DNA from: an uncultured Gammaproteobacteria bacterium | GTDB taxonomy: Bacteria; Pseudomonadota; Gammaproteobacteria; Xanthomonadales; SZUA-38 | DNA length: 59,830 nt | Reading direction: 5' to 3' | NCBI GenBank assembly: GCA_964559945.1 | Contig: CAZLJY010000004.1 | Span: 1 to 59,830, forward strand | Shown here: one piece after another, positions 48,656 through 59,830 of the stretch | Position numbering within the stretch: the stretch's first letter is position 1 | How the letters are laid out: each line of letters starts with the position of its first letter | Program-made: the position numbers and the translations under genes | The notes under the pieces: model-generated | Told to the model about the DNA's origin: nothing | What the model saw: the letters and a program-made list of their open reading frames with translations, nothing else | Database searches by the model: none

Positions 48656-48698
48656 TTCCACGCTGACTTCCACGGGCTGACAACGCATACTTCCACGC
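48656..48698 (+). promoter_or_regulatory. Phased TTCCACG direct repeats (putative SARP/wHTH operator)
   Basis: TTCCACG at 48656, 48668 and 48691, with a degenerate GACAACG at 48679; spacings 12, 11, 12 nt. Confidence 0.6.
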
Positions 48699-48869
48699 TA
48701 CTACGGTATCAATCGGCCACAGCGGCCGAACTAATGGGTCTGGCCGATACGCAAATCGTTGGCAGAGACCCCAATAATCACAAAATGATCAAGTTTCCGT
48801 CATTTCTTTAGATCCGGTTGGCCCTACATTTGACCCTTATTCGAAACCTCTTCAGCGAGACCTGAGTTC

Positions 48870-50054
48870 ATGATCCTAAAAAGCCTCACTACCATCGCAG
48901 CACTCATTACTTTGCTATCAACCCAGCAAGTCGCGGCCCAGGGCGCCCCGGCCGACGCCCTGGATGCAAGCTGGATTCGGGTTTGCGCAGGCGCTCAACC
49001 CAACAGCACGTTTTTCGATCGCTGTCAGGAAATTATCAATGCAGGCCCAGGCTCTGCCGGCAGGCGCTCCGCCGCCGCAGTCGGGAATAATTTAGGGGTA
49101 GTGGGGGCGCAAGGTCGGCGCGCCACCCGAGATGACAGCACAGCGGACTCTGCGAGAGTGCGCCAGGACTTTGGTGCCTGGTCCATACTGACCAACGCCA
49201 GGCTAGGGAATCGGGATAGAGATCCCAGTGATTTTGAAAATGGCTATTCCGAAGACGTTACAGCATTCGATATCGGCCTGGATTACCGACTCAACAATCA
49301 GTGGGTGATTGGCGGCCTGGCCACTTTTGAAAACGCTGACGCAGATTTCGATGGGCAGGCAGGCGAACTGGATTCTGACAGCCAGTCCCTCACAGCAATG
49401 ATCAACGGCGCGTTTGCCAACGGTTGGTGGGCCCAGGGCTACGTGGGTTATCGAAATCTTGAGTACGATGGGATCCGAAATATTGCTTATCAGCTGGTCG
49501 TTAATGCTGGCACTCCCCAGGAAGCTGAATTCGACGTCGCAGATCTTGCCAGCAGCTCCACCGATGGGGACCAACTCATCGCCGGCATTGGCTTCGGGAA
49601 AACCTTGGCTAGGGGTGGGTGGTCATTCACGCCTCAGATCGCCCTCGACTTCGCAGACACCGATATCGATGCTTATGCGGAGCAAAGCGGCAACGGACTG
49701 GCCCAGAGATTTTCCGGTCAGTCCGTCAAATCCTTGAACCTATCGGCAGGAATGCAGATTTCGCGAGCGATCAGCACCGGTTTTGGCGTCCTGCAGCCCT
49801 ATGGTCGGTTGGCATGGCAGCATGAGTTTGACAATGATGCCCGAGAATTAACATCGAGCTTTGTTGGCGACAGCTCCGGTGCAACGATCTCCTACGCCAC
49901 CCAATCACCGGACCGAAATTTCGGCGACCTGTCCTTTGGACTGGCGATGGTTTTCGCCAATGGCAAGAGCGCTTACATTGGCTATCGTCATTTGCTTGAG
50001 CATCGGTTCTTAGACGATGGTCAATTGCAGATCGGCGGTCGATTCGAGTTCTAA
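48870..50054 (+). CDS. Autotransporter-type beta-barrel outer-membrane protein with a very short passenger
   Basis: Signal peptide; IGLDYR, QPYGRLAWQHEF; ends in GGRFEF (BAM-type C-terminal Phe). Confidence 0.85.
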   Translation: MILKSLTTIAALITLLSTQQVAAQGAPADALDASWIRVCAGAQPNSTFFDRCQEIINAGPGSAGRRSAAAVGNNLGVVGAQGRRATRDDSTADSARVRQDFGAWSILTNARLGNRDRDPSDFENGYSEDVTAFDIGLDYRLNNQWVIGGLATFENADADFDGQAGELDSDSQSLTAMINGAFANGWWAQGYVGYRNLEYDGIRNIAYQLVVNAGTPQEAEFDVADLASSSTDGDQLIAGIGFGKTLARGGWSFTPQIALDFADTDIDAYAEQSGNGLAQRFSGQSVKSLNLSAGMQISRAISTGFGVLQPYGRLAWQHEFDNDARELTSSFVGDSSGATISYATQSPDRNFGDLSFGLAMVFANGKSAYIGYRHLLEHRFLDDGQLQIGGRFEF

Positions 50055-50090
50055 TCCCCCAATCATGGTGACCTCTTTTTCGATTTTTGG

Positions 50091-50121
50091 ATAAAAAAAG
50101 GCCGCGCTGAGCGCGGCCTTT
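50091..50121 (-). terminator. Intrinsic terminator, strongest on the minus strand
   Basis: AAAGGCCGCGC-TGA-GCGCGGCCTTT with a 7-A run on the left, i.e. a U tail on the minus strand. Confidence 0.8.
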
Positions 50122-50163
50122 CGTGAGTCGGGCAGAACCTACCCTCGTGTTTTCACTGAACCA

Positions 50164-50229
50164 TCAAACCGCGATGGCTCCCGGTGCACACGACTGCAGA
50201 CTCCAAACCATTCGATACTCACCAGACAT
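50164..50229 (-). CDS. Putative 21-aa small ORF MSGEYRMVWSLQSCAPGAIAV
   Basis: Preceded by AAGGAGGTGATC-AC-ATG (12-nt complement of the 16S 3' end) and followed by the terminator above. Confidence 0.5.
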   Translation of the reverse strand: MSGEYRMVWSLQSCAPGAIAV

Positions 50230-50496
50230 GTGATCACCTCCTTCAGTTCACTCTTGGGACTTTGATCATGCCCCATTATTCAATCTCAAACCACCCGCAA
50301 GAAGGGCCTTTGACCCCTTGCCCACCACCCACCGAGTTACCCCGCAATAGGCCTGAGACCAGAACCTAATGATGATTTGATCCGATCAAATCGATTCTGC
50401 AATCGGCGACGTCGGCCTAGAATGAACCATAGCGGCGGGTGAACGGACAAAAATTAGACAAATTTCATTCTTAAAATCAATTACCATTTCGTTTTC

Positions 50497-50541
50497 TATT
50501 GATAGCTTCTATATATTTGAACCATAGATACAACTCAATAG
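50497..50541. promoter_or_regulatory. Possible OxyR/LysR-type site upstream of katG
   Basis: ATAG at 50502 and 50524 (22 nt apart), each starting a T-N11-A; only a partial match to ATAG-N7-CTAT. Confidence 0.4.
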
Positions 50542-50548
50542 ACGCTGA

Positions 50549-52759
<2,211 letters not shown>

Positions 52760-52773
52760 TCATTAGCGAGTGT

Positions 52774-52800
52774 GACGGCGGGCTTGCCCGCCGTCCTTTT
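52774..52800 (+). terminator. katG terminator
   Basis: GACGGCGGG-CTTG-CCCGCCGTC followed by CTTTT. Confidence 0.8.
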
Positions 52801-52993
52801 GCAAAGAAACAACATCCCCCATCAATCGTGGGCCATGCCCCACTCAGCGTAGCCCTTACACTGCCGAGGGATAACCGTTGCGACCCTAATTAACGATAAA
52901 CCCCTCACGGGAGCCACAATCTAACGCTGAAAACACGCTAGTCAAAAGCGTATTCAAGACACCTGCTTTTGAACTGTGCAGTACTGTAAGAGC

Positions 52994-53024
52994 AAAAAAA
53001 AGCCCGGCAAAATGCCGGGCTTTT
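52994..53024. terminator. Terminator of the S8 protease gene (bidirectional shape)
   Basis: AAAAGCCCGGCA-AAA-TGCCGGGCTTTT. Confidence 0.82.
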
Positions 53025-53046
53025 GGTTTCACATAAAACGGTTAGA

Positions 53047-56000
53047 TCAGGGCGTTGCAGACTCCTCAAAGCTATCCCTGAACAACACATCACCCAGAAT
53101 CTCCACCGTGACTTCAGCCTCCGCACATTCTTGCGGCTGACCATCGTCACACACCTCATAGGAGAAGCTATCGGTACCGGCGTCCATCCCTGTGCTGGTG
53201 TAGCTAAAGGTGCCATCTTCGTTGAGAGTTACATCGCCCATCGTAGGCATGACTGTGGGTGTCACCGTCACGGTGAGACCGTTGCCTTCGGGGTCAGTGT
53301 CGTTCGCCAGCAGTGAAGTTTCGCCAGCGTCGGTTTCTGTCACCGTGCCGCCTACTGCCACTCTCAACGCATCAGCCATGGCGTTCGGGCCAGCATTGAC
53401 GTCGGTGATGGCCACGCTAACCGTTGCCGTTGAGCACGCGCCAAGGTCATCACAAACCTCGTAGTCAAAGCTATCGGTGGTGGTTTCAGAACCATCGTGT
53501 ACATACTCAAAGGTTCCGTCAGCGTTTAGCGTCACCGTGCCGTTTGCAGGCTCCACCGCCGGCGTTGGGCTGACAGAAATAGGGTCTGACTCCGGATCGC
53601 TATCGTTGGCCAACAGTGAGTCGGCGCCGCCGTCAACCGTGCTGACCGCGCCATTTTCTGCCACCGTCAAGGCATCCGCCATAGCAATAGGCGGATCATT
53701 TGCTGCCACGATCGTGACCGCCACTGTGCCGGTGACACAGCCTTGATCTGGGGCGTTGTCACACACCTCATAATCAAAGCTATCAGTAGTGGTTTCAGAA
53801 CCGTCATGGGTGTAGCTAAAGGTCCCGTCCTCGTTCAACACCAGCTCTCCGTTGGCAGGCGCCGTTGCGGCCATCATGCTGACGGTCAGCGGATCGCTAT
53901 CGAAATCCGTGTCATTGGCCAGCAGGCTAGCCTCGTCACCGTCCACCATGGTTGCCGTCGCCGCTTCAACCACTGATAGGGTTTCACCGGTCACCGCTGG
54001 CGGGGTGTTGTTGACGATCATTGAGACCGGTACAACCGCCGCAGGCTGGGACATATCGTTAGATTCAATGCACTCAAACGCGCCAAAAGTTCCTCGCGTG
54101 AAACCCGTTGAATCGATTGTGACAGAGACAGTGCTGCTGGAACCGCTAGCAACAGTGCCCGTGGTTGGGTCTTCCGACAACCAGTTTGCCCCGCATTCCA
54201 CATCCGCGGTTACACGAAGGTTCAGACTTTGCTCAGCGATTCCGAGAGTAGTAAAAGCGGTCCAGTCAGGCACCCCGAAATCCGCGCCAATTAGCGACGC
54301 ATTGGCGGTACCGGTCGCTTGCGGGCCATAAAACCATCCCCACGACGCAGTTGTCGTGGGCACAATGCTGACCCAGTAACTACCCGCATCCAAGGACAAG
54401 GTGCTGCCCAGCGCCTGCAAATCGAAAGAGATGGTGTCACCAGCAAGGGAAAGCCCCACAGAGGGCACTGGCACTATCAGTTCCAGCAGCGCATTGACAT
54501 CAGCGTCGAAAGGAGACCCTGCCGGGGCACCATTGGCATCGGCCCAGATATATAAAGCAACTTGTGTTGCTGTATTCACTAGATCAGTGCCATTTTGGAA
54601 TCCCTCAGCGGTAACCGAAGTAATGTTAGTGGTGCCGGAAAGCACGATGTCGTCTGCAGATGCGATGGCGTTGGTGCCCGGAATAACCCGCGATAGGATT
54701 CCGCCACCTGATGCGGTGGGCTGATCGACAGGGACAATGGTGCCCTGAGCATTGGGATTAACATCGAAAATCAAATCAGAGCCACCGGAACTCGCGATAG
54801 TAATGTCTGCCGCTGTCGTCGTGTCCGGGTCCAGCTGAGCCGCAATGCTATCAGGCGTTACGGTAATTTCTGCTCCCAGGGGAAACACGGTTACCGGCAT
54901 ACCCAACGGGTCTGTCGCGCCGTATTCCAATTCAACGCGAGCAAACTTCCACTCATCCCGGGTCACAGCGCCGCTGGTGTCTGCCTCGATGGTAATTTGC
55001 TGAGACAGGCCAGGCAGAATGGTGAACGTTGCAGGGGTTACTGTACCGGTCACCTCGCCATCTCCCACGAAGGTCGCCGTGAAGGCAACAGGGGCATCCG
55101 ATACGCTGCGCAGAGTGCGTGTCCAACTGCAGGTGGTGCCGCAGGATTCGTCTGACATGCTGGCCAGGTTCAGTGTTCGAGCATCTCCACCTGTATCCGG
55201 ATCAGCCAGTAGGTAGCGAGTTGCCACCTCGTCCAGCACCACTGGCGTCAATGCCGCATTGGTAAGATCAATGCGGCCAGCGCCCATGTCAAAGGCTGTG
55301 GCGGTGCCGATGGTGCCATCGCCGTTATCATCCATCATGTTCGGATTGGCGGTCAGCATAATGGCCGATTTCACTTCAGACGGCGTCCAATCTGGATGCA
55401 GGTCGCGAACCAGAGTGGCTGATCCCGCATTGTGAGGGCTGGACATTGAGGTACCGGAAAGCAGTTGAAACTCCGGTGCGCCGCTGGCGCCTGAATCGTC
55501 CGCAAAGGCCGCCAACACCGAAACACCCGGGCCGGCTATATCTGGCTTAACGATGTTTTCATCGTTGGGTCCCCTGGAACTGAAGTTGGCAACGATATCA
55601 GCGGAGTCCGAATCCACCGCCGACATGGCAGGATCTTGCGCCGTGAGGGTCGCCGTTATGGTACCGACTCCCGCGTTCTCAACAATTTCGTCCCGTACCT
55701 GTTCTCCGTCTGCTTGGGAAATCATCACGCTAGGAATCGTCGTGGCTTCCAGTGCACCCATGGAAAACGGCGTGCCGGGACGGTTGGTAAATACCACCAC
55801 GGCGCGAGCGCCGGCGGCCGTTGCGTTATCCACTTTCTCAGCAAATCCGCAGCTACCGCGAGAAATTAACGCAATGGTGCCGTCACCGCCGTCAGCGTAA
55901 GTGTCGGCGGGAATTCCTCCACCAGCATTACAACCCTCCGGGTTGCCATCAAAGTAGCGAATTTCATCGGTGATAGGTGCGGTCAACACTACTGGGCTGG

Positions 56001-57270
56001 TTCCCTCAACGGCGTTCAGACCGGTGAAAGTGCCAGAATCCACCATTGCGTCGGCGAAGAAGCGACCATGGGAGGCTGCCGCAACTGAGGCAACCCAAGG
56101 CTCCTGGTGGCCCAGCGTGTCCGGCCCTGGACCGGAGTTTCCTGCACTGGCCGAGACAAAGATTCCCGCCTCCACCGCGTTCAAAAATGCCAGCGAGTTT
56201 GCCTCGTCCCAGGGATTGGCACCGCCACTGATTGAATAGTTGATTACGTCAACAATGCCATCAGCCACCGCTTGGTTGATGCCGGCAAGCGTCGACGCAT
56301 TTGGGCACAGCCCCTGTCCAGTAGCAATTGAGGTGTAACACACGTCATAGGCAATCACATTGGCCCTCGGCGCAACGCCAGAAACCTCAGGGTCTGCCCC
56401 TTGGAAATTAGCCGTTGTTGCGTTGCCGATTGCGGTGCTGGCGACATGGCTCCCATGACCATTTTCGTCATCGGGTACTTCGTCTTCGAAGGCATCAGGA
56501 TCACCAGACACTACTGGAAACGTGAATTCATAGGCACCAATTAGCTTGTCGTTACATACGAATTCCGTACTTGCTGGGTTCTCCGCACAAAACCCTATGA
56601 AATTGCCGGTACCTAGGGGGTTGGTGTGAGTGAATTCGTTCAGAGTTCCGGCTTGGGATACTGCGGCAAATGATGGATGGTCGTGGTTGATACCTGAGTC
56701 GATAATACCAACGATCATACCTTCGCCGCGGGTCCCTGGCGCACCGTCGGTGTTGGTGCCATCCCAGATTCCCGGCGCATTAATCAGCGTCGGACCCACG
56801 TCAGTATCTAGCTGATAATTGCGCTGAGGCTCAATAAGGCGCACTTGGGGCATGGCCTTCAACGCTTCTGATTCCGCGTGGGTCATTCTCATCACTACAG
56901 CGTTAATGGCATGCTGCATGCGCATGGTGGTTTCCAGATTTCGGCCAACCACCTCACTGGCGCCCTCAAGAAACTCTACTTGCTGCTGCTGGAGATAGCG
57001 CACGTATTGCTGAGTCGCATTGCCGTTGACGTCCAATCGGCCGTCGGTTCGTTCTGGAGTCGGCAGATCTTCGGTTCCCTCAAACGCTGCGGTTGCGGTA
57101 TCGCTAAGGACGACAATGTAAGTGCTTTGGACGGGTATCACCGTGCCGTCAGCGGCCAATTGTGGCGTAGGGATGGCGGTTTCAACCCCCTCTGTCGCCA
57201 TGGCCCCACCAGTCATCGCGCCGGTAGCCAGAGCAGCCCCAATCAGGGATGCAGTGATGGATCTACGCAT
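53047..57270 (-). CDS. Large secreted S8 subtilase: I9 propeptide, PA domain, 3 cadherin/Ig-like repeats, C-terminal LFRDSFEESATP
   Basis: IIDSG, GHGSHVAST, SGTSMSSPH; RGSCGFAEK (PA); three LLANDxD...NxDGTFxY...DSFxYEVCD repeats. Confidence 0.93.
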   Translation of the reverse strand: MRRSITASLIGAALATGAMTGGAMATEGVETAIPTPQLAADGTVIPVQSTYIVVLSDTATAAFEGTEDLPTPERTDGRLDVNGNATQQYVRYLQQQQVEFLEGASEVVGRNLETTMRMQHAINAVVMRMTHAESEALKAMPQVRLIEPQRNYQLDTDVGPTLINAPGIWDGTNTDGAPGTRGEGMIVGIIDSGINHDHPSFAAVSQAGTLNEFTHTNPLGTGNFIGFCAENPASTEFVCNDKLIGAYEFTFPVVSGDPDAFEDEVPDDENGHGSHVASTAIGNATTANFQGADPEVSGVAPRANVIAYDVCYTSIATGQGLCPNASTLAGINQAVADGIVDVINYSISGGANPWDEANSLAFLNAVEAGIFVSASAGNSGPGPDTLGHQEPWVASVAAASHGRFFADAMVDSGTFTGLNAVEGTSPVVLTAPITDEIRYFDGNPEGCNAGGGIPADTYADGGDGTIALISRGSCGFAEKVDNATAAGARAVVVFTNRPGTPFSMGALEATTIPSVMISQADGEQVRDEIVENAGVGTITATLTAQDPAMSAVDSDSADIVANFSSRGPNDENIVKPDIAGPGVSVLAAFADDSGASGAPEFQLLSGTSMSSPHNAGSATLVRDLHPDWTPSEVKSAIMLTANPNMMDDNGDGTIGTATAFDMGAGRIDLTNAALTPVVLDEVATRYLLADPDTGGDARTLNLASMSDESCGTTCSWTRTLRSVSDAPVAFTATFVGDGEVTGTVTPATFTILPGLSQQITIEADTSGAVTRDEWKFARVELEYGATDPLGMPVTVFPLGAEITVTPDSIAAQLDPDTTTAADITIASSGGSDLIFDVNPNAQGTIVPVDQPTASGGGILSRVIPGTNAIASADDIVLSGTTNITSVTAEGFQNGTDLVNTATQVALYIWADANGAPAGSPFDADVNALLELIVPVPSVGLSLAGDTISFDLQALGSTLSLDAGSYWVSIVPTTTASWGWFYGPQATGTANASLIGADFGVPDWTAFTTLGIAEQSLNLRVTADVECGANWLSEDPTTGTVASGSSSTVSVTIDSTGFTRGTFGAFECIESNDMSQPAAVVPVSMIVNNTPPAVTGETLSVVEAATATMVDGDEASLLANDTDFDSDPLTVSMMAATAPANGELVLNEDGTFSYTHDGSETTTDSFDYEVCDNAPDQGCVTGTVAVTIVAANDPPIAMADALTVAENGAVSTVDGGADSLLANDSDPESDPISVSPTPAVEPANGTVTLNADGTFEYVHDGSETTTDSFDYEVCDDLGACSTATVSVAITDVNAGPNAMADALRVAVGGTVTETDAGETSLLANDTDPEGNGLTVTVTPTVMPTMGDVTLNEDGTFSYTSTGMDAGTDSFSYEVCDDGQPQECAEAEVTVEILGDVLFRDSFEESATP

Positions 57271-57535
57271 AAGCAAACCTCCGAAATGTGTCTAAATGTT
57301 ACGGGAATGAGTTGGGTATCCTAGTGAATTCGCTCACAGTTACAACTAATATCGCAACAAGTCCCGCGGATTCTCGAAACTGCGGCCTTCTATGGGAATT
57401 TTTATCCCATCGGAGGCGCCCTTTTATCGAAAATTTAAGGCCGCGATGACACCGCGAACTTATCCGCGGTAACGTAGCTTGGCGCCCAACTAGCAACCCA
57501 CAACATGGCGGTTCGTCTATGATCTATGCACAAAT

Positions 57536-57555
57536 TACTGTATATTCAAACAGTA
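57536..57555. promoter_or_regulatory. LexA (SOS) box
   Basis: TACTGTATATTCAAACAGTA against the consensus TACTGTATATATATACAGTA; ends 44 nt before the VOC start codon. Confidence 0.78.
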
Positions 57556-57599
57556 TTTTGCAACAACGTTTCAACAATCTGACTTAAGGGAGATCATCA

Positions 57600-57974
57600 A
57601 TGATTGGCTATGTAACACTGGGCACCAATGACCTTGAGCGCTCCGCTGCGTTTTACGACGCTCTCGTAGGAGAAATGGGCGGAAAACGCTTCATGGAACA
57701 TGAAGACACATTTATCGCTTGGTGTGTTGATCCCGGCAAGCCGAGCATCGCCCTCACCAAACCCTATGACGAAAAACCCGCAACCATCGGCAATGGTGTG
57801 ATGGTGGCTATGATGGTGGACTCCACCGATACCGTTGATGCGCTTTACCAAAAAGCCATTGAGTTAGGCGGTACGGACGAGGGCGCACCAGGGCCTCGTG
57901 GGGAAGGCTTTTACGCCGGATACTTTCGCGACCTAGACGGTCACAAGCTGAATTTTTTCTACGCGCCCCAATAG
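57600..57974 (+). CDS. VOC/glyoxalase-family protein
   Basis: YVTLGTNDLERSAAFYD, GNGVMVA, GGTDEGAPGPRG..FYAGYFRDLDGHKL. Confidence 0.9.
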   Translation: MIGYVTLGTNDLERSAAFYDALVGEMGGKRFMEHEDTFIAWCVDPGKPSIALTKPYDEKPATIGNGVMVAMMVDSTDTVDALYQKAIELGGTDEGAPGPRGEGFYAGYFRDLDGHKLNFFYAPQ

Positions 57975-57990
57975 ATAGCCCTGTGGAATT

Positions 57991-58014
57991 CGGCTGGCCG
58001 TTTTATGCCAGCCG
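57991..58014. terminator. Hairpin between convergent VOC and TBDR genes
   Basis: CGGCTGGC-N8-GCCAGCCG. Confidence 0.5.
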
Positions 58015-58108
58015 GTTATCCCTCGTTGCGCCCGGGTTTCAAAACCAGCTTTGGGGCCAAGGTCAATGTTAGACCAGAGAGGTAAATGTACGACCCACAA
58101 TCGGCCAA

Positions 58109-59830
58109 TCATAAATTTCCTTCCACCGTAATCGCCGCAAATGCCCCTCGACCGCGATCGATGGTCTGGGAACCGGTGGCAGCGCCTCCTCGGTTAGGAC
58201 CAAAAAACTGGCGCTCTCGAAAAAAGGCTTCATTGCCAATCCCAGAAAATCTAATCGTCGTTCTCAGACCGGCGAAACGGCTGGTTTCAAAAAATGCCCC
58301 AAATGATCGGCTATCCCGATTGAGACTCACCTCATCAACGAAAAAAAACGGTCCTTCAAGAGGGGCTTTATAAGACAGGCCCCAAGAAAAGCCTGACAAA
58401 GGAAGGTCCTGTCTAAATTCCACTAGCAAATCGATTTGATCGATGCTTGATAACGATCTTTCCTGTTCAATGATCCCGTCGAAAAACGACGAATCCCGAT
58501 ACTCAGCCTGAATATCGATGAGGCTGCCAGGTATCATGCGGCCAAGGGGGAGGTTGGCAGACAGCGTGCTGCCCCAAACCCGCCCACGCCCTGCGTTGCC
58601 GAGTCCTGCGACACCGCTGGCTAAAATCGTCTGTTCCAGCACATCGTCTATCCATTCATGGAAAACCTCCACATTGATAGCACCACGTGTTTCGGAACGA
58701 TAGTCTATCGATGCGCCAACTCGCGTGACCTGATCGGGCCCCAGGGTTGGATTACCCCCAAGCAGACGATCATCAGCAACGGAAACTGAGGCGGCGAAAT
58801 CAGCGAAATCCAGTTGTCCGACTTCCCGTTCTGCTGCCAATCGGAACTGCAGCCCGTCGCCCATGGCGTAAAGAGCGGCGATGGAGGGTTTTAGAAAGAT
58901 GAAGCGACGAGAATTGTCCACATCACCGCCAACGGAAATTCGCGACAGCTCCAAAGCTGCGCCCGCTTCAGTGGACAGCTTAGGGCTATGGCGCCAGATC
59001 ACATTGGAAAACAGCTCGGCTCGCAGTTCATCGGCCAGCACGTCGGTTCCGGGTAGATTGGTCAGTTGCGCCTCGTCACCCTCAAGGACTGATGACGACA
59101 GCAAGCTGGACAGTTGATTGTAGGCGATCTCGGTTCCCCACTCAGCAGTAATTCCCTGTGAGTATTGCTTAGTGGATGTGGCGCGGAGCACGGACTCAAT
59201 ACTGTCTTGTTGTAATACGAAGTTTGTCCCAGACAGCAAACTCTCATTGGGTCGCTGCAAACGCGAGACTGTTTCACTATCAAAGCGTTCGTAGGACGAC
59301 AACCAAACCAACCTCACGGTTTGGGTTTCATGAATTTTTCGAGTCCACTCCAGGCCAAGTTCCCCGTTGTCGGTCGTTCTATCCAGGTCAATACTCAAGC
59401 CTTGGTCCGGTCCAAGCGCACTCATATGACCGTGATCAAATCCCATCCGGAGGGTATGGGTTGAGCGAGGCTGATGACTCAATCGGCCGTTCACAACGAA
59501 CCTGCCAGCGGCTGCATCTCGCGTAGCTCGGGAGGACAGTGCAAAGTTGCGAGTCACACTAGGACTGGTTTCTCGCTCGGAAAGGGTGACGTTGTCCTGA
59601 ACATCGCGAGTAATTCGCCAGCCATCAAGCGGGCTTCGCTGATGGCTGACGTTAAGCTGATTGGCAATCAACCAGCCGCCCACTTTCTGGGTCCAAGCCA
59701 ATTCACCAGCGATGTTGATCTTACCGTCGGGCGCCCGGGCAAGTTCAACCTTATAGCGGGCGGCCGGTTCTAAGATACGAGTAATGACATTGGCGACCAA
59801 TGACTGCCCAGATGCCTCGCTGGAGCCAGC
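58109..59830 (-). CDS. TonB-dependent receptor-like beta-barrel (5' end outside the window)
   Basis: Frame stays open from 59800 to the right edge; alternating beta-strand pattern; GGNPTLGPDQ (GNPxLxP motif). Confidence 0.8.
   Translation of the reverse strand, partial: AGSSEASGQSLVANVITRILEPAARYKVELARAPDGKINIAGELAWTQKVGGWLIANQLNVSHQRSPLDGWRITRDVQDNVTLSERETSPSVTRNFALSSRATRDAAAGRFVVNGRLSHQPRSTHTLRMGFDHGHMSALGPDQGLSIDLDRTTDNGELGLEWTRKIHETQTVRLVWLSSYERFDSETVSRLQRPNESLLSGTNFVLQQDSIESVLRATSTKQYSQGITAEWGTEIAYNQLSSLLSSSVLEGDEAQLTNLPGTDVLADELRAELFSNVIWRHSPKLSTEAGAALELSRISVGGDVDNSRRFIFLKPSIAALYAMGDGLQFRLAAEREVGQLDFADFAASVSVADDRLLGGNPTLGPDQVTRVGASIDYRSETRGAINVEVFHEWIDDVLEQTILASGVAGLGNAGRGRVWGSTLSANLPLGRMIPGSLIDIQAEYRDSSFFDGIIEQERSLSSIDQIDLLVEFRQDLPLSGFSWGLSYKAPLEGPFFFVDEVSLNRDSRSFGAFFETSRFAGLRTTIRFSGIGNEAFFRERQFFGPNRGGAATGSQTIDRGRGAFAAITVEGNL

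Noticed and set aside
50120-50166. Selenocysteine readthrough of the small ORF's TGA
   Set aside because: No redox motif around the TGA and no convincing SECIS; the downstream hairpin is a typical terminator.
50232-50243. GATCACCTCCTT as a 16S rRNA gene fragment
   Set aside because: Only 12 nt match and the flanks do not resemble 16S helix 45; better read as an SD on the minus strand.

Overview
About 60 kb of bacterial chromosome, probably a marine or aquatic gammaproteobacterium (inferred from the paa genes, an E. coli-type LexA box and the secreted-protein style). No rRNA, tRNA, CRISPR array or transposase was found. From left to right: (1) an ECF sigma / Ser-Thr kinase-TPR / UrcA / CSLREA surface-protein module, in which urcA and the CSLREA gene carry the same 39-bp upstream motif; (2) a lysyl-endopeptidase-like protease; (3) a phenylacetate locus (paaZ, paaY, paaABCDE) with a PaaX-like operator and an M16 peptidase sitting inside the leftward operon; (4) a mixed catabolic and accessory region with two paralogous FAD-linked oxidases, a FAD monooxygenase apparently starting at CTG, an aminotransferase, IorAB-like Mo enzyme, RCC1-repeat protein, TRAP permeases lacking DctP, atypical alpha/beta hydrolases and a translationally coupled methyltransferase / small protein / membrane protein trio; (5) a SARP-like alpha/beta-hydrolase regulator facing TTCCACG repeats and an autotransporter barrel with almost no passenger; (6) an unannotated 21-codon ORF with a 12-nt Shine-Dalgarno; (7) katG, a large S8 protease, a VOC gene behind a LexA box, and a partial TonB-dependent receptor. 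Best candidates for new biology: a shared C-terminal [IL]F[FR][SD][GS]FE motif on three unrelated secreted proteins (possible sorting signal), the kinase-ECF regulon with a duplicated promoter, the methyltransferase trio with its dispersed catabolic partners, and the small ORF with the very long SD. All family assignments come from motif recognition, not database searches.
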